Assembly: GCF_000485595.1 (NCBI RefSeq)
Contig: NW_014577089.1
Coordinates: 335,203 to 355,202, forward strand
Direction of reading: 5' to 3'
Source of the DNA: Priapulus caudatus
Taxonomy: Eukaryota
Length of the DNA: 20,000 nucleotides
The notes beneath the pieces were generated by a model. The model did not search any database. It was not told where the DNA came from and was given only the letters and a program-made list of their open reading frames with translations. Shown here piece after piece: positions 1 through 11,500 of this stretch. Within the stretch, counting starts at the first letter, position 1; every line of letters starts with the position of its first letter. Made by a program: the position numbers and the translations under genes.

Positions 1-34
1 CATATGTACACACCTTCAACTTATAACTCTTCAG

Positions 35-181
35 GTTCTTGCCAAAAAGATGACCGTGTTGTATAAACTTGCCAAGGAGCAGCTGTCCAAGCAACATCAC
101 TATGACTTTGGCCTCCGAGCACTGAAGTCTGTGTTGGTCATGGCAGGAGAGTTAAAGAGAGGTTCTCCCAATCTATCCGAG
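35..181 (+). CDS. DNAH10: Dynein HC exon 1 (in window): [34 protein letters not shown]...LSE
   Basis: ttcag|GTT ... GAG|gtgaaa; phase 0/0. Confidence 0.92.
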
Positions 182-3100
182 GTGAAATTCAGAACCCCTG
201 TTGGCATTTTATATATATGTGTGTGTGCGTGCATGCGTGCTTGTGTGCGTGCGTGGTATGCATGGTACGTATGTATGTATATTGTGACAAAATATAATGT
301 TCTGGCTCTATACAGTGTTATCCCAGTGCAAATACAGTAAATTCACTAGGCCATAAGCATATATACATATATAACAGTGATGTATCGGCATGAAATTTGA
401 CATTATACTATTGTTTATTGAGATTGTTCGAATCTCAAATAGTTGTTGTTTTGAAATATAATCCAAAATTCAAAGATATAGTTAGTGTCTACATGATGAG
501 CACTAAATGCTGTTCTTTAACGTTCCCAATCACTGGGGATGAGTAGCATCGGTGTATGAGATGATATCAGTACATACGTATAAATGATAAGGGCTGCACT
601 ACATATGTGTAATTGAATATAATCAATTTAGGACGTTTTCATAAATTAGACACGGTCACATGCACACAAAACAGGGAAATTTTGCGCAGTTACATGATGA
701 AGCACGTTATCGCTTGTACATTGACTGTTGAAAAGCAAGATATGGTGTGTCTTTCTAGGATGTTGTTCTCATGAGAGCCCTCAGAGATATGAACCTACCC
801 AAGTTCGTGTTTGAGGACGTGCCGCTGTTCCTCGGTCTCATATCGGACCTCTTCCCAGGGCTGGACTGCCCACGTGTTCGCTACCCAGACTTCAATGATG
901 CCGTTGAGGGAGTGCTGCAGGAGAATGACTACATCATTCTTCCTGAACAGGTATATGGCACATGGCCTATCTTGCCGTGAATGACCATATAGAACGTAAC
1001 ATTGATAATGATGATATAACTAAATGTTCGTAATGGCTGTTGCCGTGATGGGTGATACAATTTCACTGTGATTATTGGCCAGCATATTGAAATGTGTTTA
1101 TTTTGTGTCCATTGTAACAGGTTGATAAGGTGGTTCAGATGTATGAGACAATGCTAACGCGACATACGACCATGGTAGTCGGCCCCACGGGAGGCGGAAA
1201 GTCGGTTGTTATCAATGCACTTTCTCAAGCACAAACACGGTATTCATTTGTTTATTAATCAGTTTTTCATCTTGATGATTTTGTTATTATTGCATGTATA
1301 GATTTTTTAACACTCATTGTCATTTCATAAAATGAAATGAAATGAAATGCTGTAATTCTCACTGGCCTAATGATGAAATATATATCCCTTGGATGCAGGA
1401 GATACTACTGCATGGTTTCATAACACACAGTAACACACAGTTCAAAACACGAATTCCAGGCTATATGCTCTGTACCCTTTTTATTGTCTCTGTTGTTTTG
1501 CTTGTTTTCATTCTAGAAAAATGCATCTTGCATTTTTTACATTTGCTGTCAAGTTGAATGTATGTTTGAAAGCACTATATCAGCTGATTTCAACAGCCAT
1601 ACATGTTTTCCAGGCTTGGTTTGCATACAAAGCTATTTGTGCTGAATCCAAAAGCTATGAGTGTGGTTGAGCTGTATGGTATCCTGGATCCTACTACTCG
1701 AGACTGGACAGACGGACTGTTGTCTAGTATTTTCCGTGACATCAATCGGCCAACTGACAAGAATGAACGCAAGTAAGGATGACTTTACTTATAAATGTTA
1801 GAAAAGACTACTAGCTAAAATTACCATGGTATTACGTTAAGCAACTTTCAAGCAAAGGAAACTACATACAGTATAAATAAGGGGCTAATGTTATTTTGAA
1901 GAGGGAAGAATTCTGATTAATTAATCCACGTTAGACTTGCATTTAAAATAGAGTAATTTTCATTAAACTGTAGAATTGTACCTCCATTCTGCCGTTATAC
2001 ACCCCTTGATCCTTCCCACACAACTCTTCATGTTATTGCTAATAAACAGATACTAAGGTAATATATTATTTTTAAGTCAGTCAACGAGGTAATGCATGTA
2101 TCATTTAATATGTATATATATATATATACATATGCTTGTGTTGTTAACAAGGTACATCGTGTTCGATGGCGACGTGGACGCTCTCTGGGTGGAAAACATG
2201 AATTCTGTGATGGACGACAACCGACTATTGACATTGGCCAATGGGGAGCGAATCCGTCTACAAAAACACTGTGCAATGCTCTTCGAGGTTAGACAATAGT
2301 TCTTCATTATTTATGTTTAACATTTGTGTCATGCATGACACGAGTGCATCACATTTGAGACATGGTCAAGATGCACAAAGGAAAACCAAGAGCTGGAGAA
2401 TTGAGCATCTAAATTTCCTCCCGCTTCACATATAGTGTACATGTATGGTGTACGCGTAAATAATTATGGTAGAAGAACCAGCAGTAATAGTCAGTTAATC
2501 AATATCAGTACTTAGACAATTACTCTTGCATTACTGCATTTGTTGTCGTTCTTCAGTATGAATAATAATAATATAATAACTGTAATGTATATATCAGAGA
2601 AGGATTTATCCCCCTCATTTGCAGGTGGCAGACCTGCAATATGCGTCACCGGCAACAGTCTCCCGTTGTGGAATGGTGTATGTTGACCCAAAGAACCTAG
2701 GATACAGACCTCACTGGCAGAAATGGATAAATGCAAGGTACGTAATCCTCAATGTTAGTATCCCTCTTAGAACAAAACTGCAGGGATTAGATTCAAATGT
2801 CAATTATTTGTTTAGTAAAAGTTATCATTAAAAGTCACAGTAAAAGTAAAATTTGTAGTAACTGTTGTTCAAATCTATGTAATACACCAACAGATTTTGA
2901 ATATTTGATATTTTTTATGAAACAAACAATAGCAATATGTCTATATGTGTATTTCTCAATAATTAGGTCATTAAATTTATTATGAAGAAGAAGACAGTGT
3001 TGTGTTGAGATGTTTGGAAACGACTTGAGTATCTTGCATGTGTGATTATCACAGTGCATCATCACACATTAATTAAAACAACCAGCCCAATATGACGTTA

Positions 3101-6100
3101 TTAACAGTTATAATTGAAAATTGTACATTTCCGTCATATTCAATTAACACTTATAATTATAACACTATAAATTATAGGTCAAGCAAAATCGAGCAAGATG
3201 AGTTGGGCAAGTTGTTTGAAAAGTATGTGCCATCATGCATAGACATGATTCTAGATGGTATCGTTGATGGTCGTCAGGGTGACAAGATGAAGACCATTGT
3301 TCCTCTTAGCAACCTCAACATGGCAAGTAGTGCAAATGGAAAAACAATTGTTAATCAAATTATTCATTTATTCACTAGTGTTGTATGATAGACAGTGTTA
3401 TGATATATATCTTTATGCGCATGTAGATGCAGAACGATGGGTTATTTTTAGCAGTTATATGTGCTTCACGAAGTAGGATTTAACTACAGCACACATTTTT
3501 ACTCTTCGCTGGTCATAACCCTATTATTAATTGATGTGCTGGACAACCATGGCAACATTACTGAACCCCAAGTTGCTATCAGGGGTTTGTCTGGGTAATG
3601 GTATCTAGTTCCTGATGTAGCACACGGAATGAGCAAGCAGTTGCATGGCAACTTGCTTAGTCATTGAGTTGTAATGGCCAGGGCTTACTCAAGGGCCACT
3701 TCAATTACTTAATAAGGTACAGTTTTGATAAAAAGTGTCAGTCATTGTGAAAGATATACATAACAATTGTGAAAGCAAAGTAAATATCACCTTTTAAATT
3801 TGAATCACCTTCATTAATTATGATCATTAATGGGCCCAGCCCCATAGTCAGATTAAAATCTGGCCTACATAAAACCTGACTATTGAAAGGGTTAGTGCTT
3901 GCTGTCTATTGCTAAACCTTCATGTAATGCCTGCTGTCTGCAGTATGTCAGGACTTTTGGCAGATGAATTCACTGAAGTTTACCCAATTATCACCATTCT
4001 ATTAGCACTGCATGACTATCTTTTCTAACAAAGCTCAGGGGAATATCACTGCCATAGTGAGGCAGTTTGATTGGCATCTATTATTTATTATAATTATATA
4101 ATTATAGTTATCTATTCGTGTATTAATTTATTTGTTATATGGCTGTAATACAGTATTGTAATTGGAGCACGTCATATCATGTATCACATGAAATAAAGTC
4201 ATAAGTTGAATGTGTATCTTAAATTAAATGGCTTTCACAATGAGCGCCAAAAGCATGTCTGAACAGTTGCAGAAGGAAATTATGTCAGATCCAGTAAAAC
4301 GTAATGATCAGATAGTAAAACACTTATATTTAGTATAGATTTTGATTATTAAAACTTGGGGTAAGCTCAGGCTAGTGTGTGGAGTTGTTCTTGTTCTCTT
4401 GATGGAATGTCACATCACTCAGTCAGTGCCCTAGTAACAATATTATTTACTCATAATTTTACATATAACGAAAAAATTATTGTCTGGTTGTCTGAGCCAC
4501 ATGTTTTGAGGACCTCTTATACCAATGTTATTCCAGATTGGGAACGATAATGTTCTTTGTTTATAAAACTCCACGTTCCTTTTACAACCATGCAATAATT
4601 ATGTGTGTGTGCGCGTGTGGATTAGGTAATAGATCATACAAATTTAGATGATTATTATTTGTATGCGTTTAGGTCACTCAGCTCTGCTACATGCTTGACT
4701 CTCTGCTGACAACGGATATTAATAGTCCTAACCTATTGGAGTGCTTCTTTCTGCAATCACTTTACTGGTCACTGGGAGCAGGGCTACTTCAAGATGGGAG
4801 GAAGAAATTTGATGCGCACGTGAAGCGACTCTGCAGCCTTCCTACTGTCACTGACGATGGCAAGATTGTAGCCGGAGTCGGTATGCGCAATTTATAATTC
4901 AATTATAATTAAAATTGTATGTTGTCCCGTGTTCTTGCAAGATACCTTAAATACGTATTTGTCTAGTAAAATAGTTATGTATATATTTATAGACAGTATA
5001 CAACACTAAATATACTCCCAATTGAAACTTGTATAACTATTTCGTCATTAATTCCAGACATCTTACATTTATATTTATATATGTCACTATCACTGATTAT
5101 TATCAATTAAGTTAATATACGATTTAATTGATTAAATTATGTTTTAGGTGAAATACCAACTGGCCAGCCAACGCTGTTTGAATACTATTTTGATGGTGAA
5201 TTGCGCAAATGGATTCCATGGATAAGCAAAGTTCCAGAGTATATACACGATCCAGAGGTTAGATGTTACAAACCACTATTACTATATTGGGATGGTAAAT
5301 AATTGTTCATTTGATGTATCGATATAATAGCTGGCTGTTTAAATGTTAAGAGATATAAGTTTATTATATTGCATATGTGAGCCATCACCACAAAATGAGT
5401 CGTAATGTCCAAAATTGACTTTTTGACATTTTACACATTAGGCAATAAGGAAATATCAGCTTTAAAATGCCATGGTTGTCAAAATGAAGGAATATTTAAT
5501 GAAAATGTGACATAAAATATATCTCCTTATTCGGGAATGTATTACCTAGACTTATTGAGAAAACTTCATTTAAAAGTTAAGATACTTTCCAGCATCAAAA
5601 GTTCTTAGCATGATCGCCATTGGTATCATGATTCGCTTGGTCTGTCCGTTTGTATCGAGGTGCCTCTACCGTAGCTAGAATTGATTCGGGACCATAGATG
5701 GTCACCCATATACAGCACTGAGGCTTTCATATCGTCAATTCAGATGAAGTTTTGTAAGATCTTGGTGCCGACGGTGGATACGGTGCGTAGTACATGGCTG
5801 CTGCGTACCATGGCAAGGGTGCGGCGACCAGTCGTACTCGTAGGAGAGACCGGCACCTCCAAGACGGCAACCACGCAGCACTTCCTGCGACAGGTCGACC
5901 CTGAGAGCACGGTGAGTGCTGCATGTGTCATCTCTGCCTCAGTTACAGAGGTGGCGCCACTAATATGAATTCTGACTGAACTTGTCATATCTGGTAATGC
6001 ACACGGTAAACGACAGCATATTGTACATGCCAGAGAACATTGTACATAACAGAGCATATTGTACATGGCAGCATATTGTACATGACAGCATGTTGTACAT

Positions 6101-8505
6101 GCCAGAGAATATTGTACATGACAGAGCATATTGTACATGACAGAGCATATTGTACATGACAGAATATTGTACATGCCTGAGCATGTCATACATGACAAAA
6201 AATGTAAAGCACTTTACATAGCTTATCATATTATGTTACAGAGTATGTAAATGTGTTACACAGTCTGTTGTAAATGACAAGAGTATGTAAACATGATGGA
6301 GCATATTGTACATAACAGAGAACATTACAAGATTGTACATAACAGTGTATGTAGGACATGTTACAGGACATATTGTACGTTAAATAATATCTATGTAGGA
6401 CATGACAGGCCATGGAGAACGTTACAGAGCATGTGAAATGTGAAAAAAACATGTAAGAACTGAACAGCTGAGCTATATAATGTGTAGCAACGAGAACATT
6501 GTAGGTTGTTATACAAGCTATTGTGCTTCATTCTGTAATTAACTATTGCAAACCTGCTCATCAGACTACATCGTTCTTTTCAGCTTGTACTCAACGTAAA
6601 CTTTTCGTCACGGACCTCGTCCATGGATGTGCAGCGTGCCTTGGAGGCAAGCGTCGAAAAACGCACCAAAGACACCTACGGGCCACCACCAGGCAAGCGT
6701 CTGCTCATCTTTGTGGACGACATGAACATGCCACAGGTATGTGAGCAACGTCTGCACTCGAAACGATGCTTTATATGGTTAATTATCTTCTATGGTAATG
6801 TGGCTGGTCATGTACACTAATGTGGCATCGTATAAAATGAATATATCTTAAAACTTATACTACTGATAAATGGTATTTAAAATGTATGTTGAAGATAAAA
6901 CAACATTAACTGATTATGTTGATTAACTGACGATTTAACTTGCACGATATTTTTCACGTTTCTGTGCTTGTAGGTAGATCAGTATGGCACTCAGCAGCCA
7001 ATTGCTTTGCTAAAGTTGCTGCTTGAAAGAGGAGGAATGTATGACAGAGGAAAAGATCTCAACTGGAAATACATCAAGGACATTGGTTGTCTTGCAGCCA
7101 TGGGCAAGGTTAGCATTGGTTTTTATTTTGTAGTCATCATTTAGTAGTGCCATCAATGTTGCTCATTACAAGTCACAGCTCCATTGCAGAGATTTCCTAA
7201 TGCGCACTTCATGAAATTGGCAAATCAGTAGTGCTTTTATGTTAAGTAATTAGATACTGCACTCCTGTGTCTAATTTACTTTCAACAGATTCTTTTGGGC
7301 GGGGATTTATGTAAATGCCATGATCTTTGATGCTTTGTTGTTGAAGGGTATATCTTTCTCTGGCATATAACTATTTTTACGTTGACGTATTGCTGTCATG
7401 TAGGCTGGCGGAGGGCGTAATGAGGTCGATCCACGCTTCATCTCCCTGTTCACGGTGTTCAACATCACATTCCCAACTGATGAGACACTCTATCACATTT
7501 ACTACTCTATTCTCAATGGTCACACTGATGGCTTTTCGGAGGAAATCAGGTATGAGATGGAATACTCATGGCCATTGCGAAGTATTGACGTATCCGCCTG
7601 GTTAACAAGCAGTTTTATCCAGTATTCTAATTATTCTTGTCTTTGTTTTATGCGTATATATTATTGTGGTTTAAACGTGTTTTGTCAGTTTGTTACATAA
7701 CATTTTAATTTTTGTACTGCGAACTCCCTCATTTTGTTGTGGATTTTAAGAGCAGTGGACTCCCTTGATCAAAGGTTAATTTCTACCCCTGATACCTACA
7801 TTTAAATTGATTTGACATTTTATTATGCTATTTCACTGTGTAGAGCTGTGGTTGGAAATATCACCAAAATGACATTGGCGTTATACCAGAAAGTTATTCA
7901 GGATTTACCACCAACACCAAACAAGTTTCATTACATATTCAACTTGAGAGATCTGTCTAGAATATACAATGGTCTATGTCTCACCATTCCAGACAGGTAT
8001 GACTTTAATTATGTAATGTATTTAATTATTAATGTTATCCTAGGTGTTTTAGGATGCGGTAATCATCTACAGCACATAAAAACTTAAAATGTGGTTGCAT
8101 ATAGCTATCAAATTCATAACATGTTTGTACATATGAGTTTATTTAAAAATTCTTTGAATTTATAATAATAAAATGTTTTGAGTAACTTGAAACTTAATTC
8201 CCTTCTAATGGACGATCAATCTTTTAGGTACCAGCAGGTGGAACAGTTCGTGCGTGTGTGGAGGAACGAGTGCATGCGCATTATCTATGATAGGCTGATA
8301 AACGAACAGGACAAAGACCACTTTCACGTATGTATGGGGTTCTGAAAACACCTAACAATTGGGTTGTAAACAATTTCCCATATTGTTATGATAATGGTAT
8401 ACTGTATTCCTTAGTTTTAAGCCACACATTAACATTATGAGCCATGTGCTATAACTGACTTCTTGAACGTACATATATATAGAAGACAATAATTTCATCT
8501 GTATA

Positions 8506-8543
<38 letters not shown>

Positions 8544-11500
8544 GGTCTGTCTGTCTGTCGGTCTGTCTGTCTGTCTATCTTTCTGTCTATGGGTCTGTCT
8601 TCCGGTTATCTCTCAGTCTCCCTCACCCACTCCCTCCTCTCTTTCTCTCTCTCCATATATATCATATATGAACATATAAATGTAAAATTTATATTATATT
8701 CATATATGCTGGTTTGTATAGAAAGTGTTTTTTCAGCCACGCTTTGCTTATGAGTTATGGTTATAATTAAAATATATATACAATATATTAAAAATAAATA
8801 ACTCACTGCAGCGGTTGCTCAGTGAGCTAGCAGAAGAAAACTACCCTACGAAAGCAGAGTATGTGCTCCGTGATCCTCTACTGTTTGGAGACTACCGCGC
8901 ATTCCTGGCAGAGGGAGAACCTAGGATATACGAGGACGTTCAAGACTATGATGCAGCCAAGGCCCTATTTACTGAGGTATAACTATCACAAACTAGTTAT
9001 GTAAATGTTTTGTTCTGAAACACTTAAATGCTACTATGTATCGGTATATATAGTATGGGTATATATCAAGAGTACATAATAGAGATGTATGTATGTACTA
9101 TTATGTACTCTTGGTATATATGTATATAGTTGCTTATATAAGTGCGATATAAGAAAAAAAGTGAAAATCTTCCCTGATATTCCAGTGGTTGATATATTAA
9201 CAGTAACGAGTGCTGAGGTGTTATGAGTTCAGTAATAGCTGCATTGCGGTCGCACTTCGTGCAGATCTTGGAGGAATACAATCAGCACAATACTGTGATG
9301 AATCTCGTCCTGTTTGATGATGCACTGGAACACCTGACTCGCATTCACCGTGTGATTCGCATGGACCAAGGCCACGCCCTACTGGTGGGCGTCGGGGGCA
9401 GTGGCAAGCAGAGTCTCTGCCGGTTGGCTGCTTTCGCTGCACAGTGTGAGGTAATTAATTCACATCAATATTACCGTATATGATCGCGTAATAACTGCAA
9501 ATTTGGCCTCAGATTTCAACCCTGTATTTGCTCTGCGGTTTATAAGTGCGTCATACCGTGAGGGGAAATATACTAGGCGCAATACTTGGTTACCCGATTC
9601 AAATTGAGGTGCGGCTTATAGGCGCCCGCGGTTATTACGCGATCATATAGGTTAGGTGTGTTTTTAATCATCTAAATTGAATGTCGTTATATTATGTCAT
9701 TAAATATTCATGTTATGGAACTACATAATATGCAGTGATCAGAATATAGCAGAAGTGCATACGGTTATAAAATATGTAAATAATTAATATTATTATATAC
9801 TCTTGTAGCAGGCAGAAGGTCATGCATTCGTTGTTATGCATCTGTTAACAAAACATTCTTAACACTAATTAATTGCTTATACTGATTTCTGACTGCCTCA
9901 CAGGTGTTTGAGATTACACTAAGCCGTGGCTACAATGAGAGCAACTTCAGGGATGATCTCAAAGTATTGTATAATAAACTTGGCCTGGAAAACACAAAAA
10001 CGGTCTTTCTGTTCACAGATGCTCATGTCGCAGAAGAAGGTAAGTGGTATACGATATAATACCTGATAACACATTCGGCATTTTAATCCAATTTATAGCT
10101 CGTCTGACATATTCAGATAGATCTTGTGCAATGGAAAACGCATCCCTCCTTTTATCAACAATATGGGCACAAATCTAAACAGCTTGATGTATGGTGCTGA
10201 TAATCGGGGAGTGAGAGTGCAATTCGAAGTAACAACAAGCAGCAGCAGCAAATGTTGTGTGAATGCTAAGCTAATTAGCTTGTCACGAAATCATGATAAC
10301 GAAATCACAAAATCACGAAATAATAGAGCGCTGCCATATTTGTTCTGGCTTACACTTGCACCAGTCTTCCCGCAGCAGGCCATTGACATAATTGAGTGTA
10401 CAATAATATGCTAACATAGAGCTCTTAATGTTCCAATAGCATCCGTTATTTTTACTCCTAATTAATTACCTACTTCAACATACGTACCTTCTTCTTTCTC
10501 TACAAACCTATTTGCATATATATCATGTTTAATATGAAGTATGAAGATATTAGAATATGTGAAATGTGTTGTGTTAATTATACCTCCGAATCTACAATAA
10601 TTATTGTACTATATAGTATATTGAGTATAATACTGGCTGATTTCTTCTTACATAAAAGGCTTTCTGGAGCTGATCAACAACATGTTGACGTCAGGAATGG
10701 TTCCGGCATTATTTCCTGATGATGAGAAAGAAGCAATTATTAATCAGGTGCCTTTTCATATGTGGATAGGTTTTGTCAATAGGTGCAATGACTATACCTT
10801 ATGATTATATCTTCCGAATTGGTGCTGTACCTGTGTCCTGTTTCAGACCTCGTTTAACAAAGCCTCATTTAATGGATTTTGATTTAACAGACAAGAACAA
10901 TTCTTTTAATAGACACGTACTGCATGATAGCATGAAAGTATATATAATCAAGAGCGTATAACGGTGAAATGCTGAAACCATGTTGCAGTATTAATCGAAT
11001 TAAGAAACTGCTCGTTTTATTTTGACGATTCTTTGTGGTATTATTGATCAGCTGTCCTACCTTGCTAATATAAAACAAACCGCTTGTCCCTATATACGAT
11101 GCCCCTATGCTGAGATTAATGAGCGGTGGAAATCTGGTATTTTTGCCGAAAAACCGACTCGAGATCCCTGTTTGCTGGCGACCCTCTCTCGCTTTGTGGC
11201 CAGTGTGTTCTTCCGGCGTGCTGTGTAGCGCCATGGCTAGCGCTGACTCATTACGTCAGGTACTACAGAATTTACTACATCCAGCGTGAGGTGCCACAGG
11301 TAGGGGTCATCACTATGGCAATCAATAACAGACGTCATTCATTCCATTTGTCAATCATGAGCGAAACACGCGAGGTTTCCCGAAGTTATCTCAAAGCGAG
11401 AGACAGTCGCAGTCAGCAGTAGGGGCATCGTAGGGTCACATGCAGTTTGTTTTATATTAACAAGGTAGGACAGCTGATCAATAGTACTGCAAAGAATCGT

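Noticed and set aside
492..575. ATGATGA C-box suggesting an intronic C/D snoRNA
   Set aside because: No suitably placed CTGA D-box or terminal stem.
5372..5712. Possible transposon end (tatgtgagccatcaccacaaaatgagtcg...) in intron 9
   Set aside because: No matching inverted terminus or TSD in the window; needs a repeat-library search.
5740..6452. Minus-strand ORFs (152, 89, 73 aa) rich in C/M/Y/H
   Set aside because: Translations of the minisatellite and the antisense of exon 10; no protein signal.
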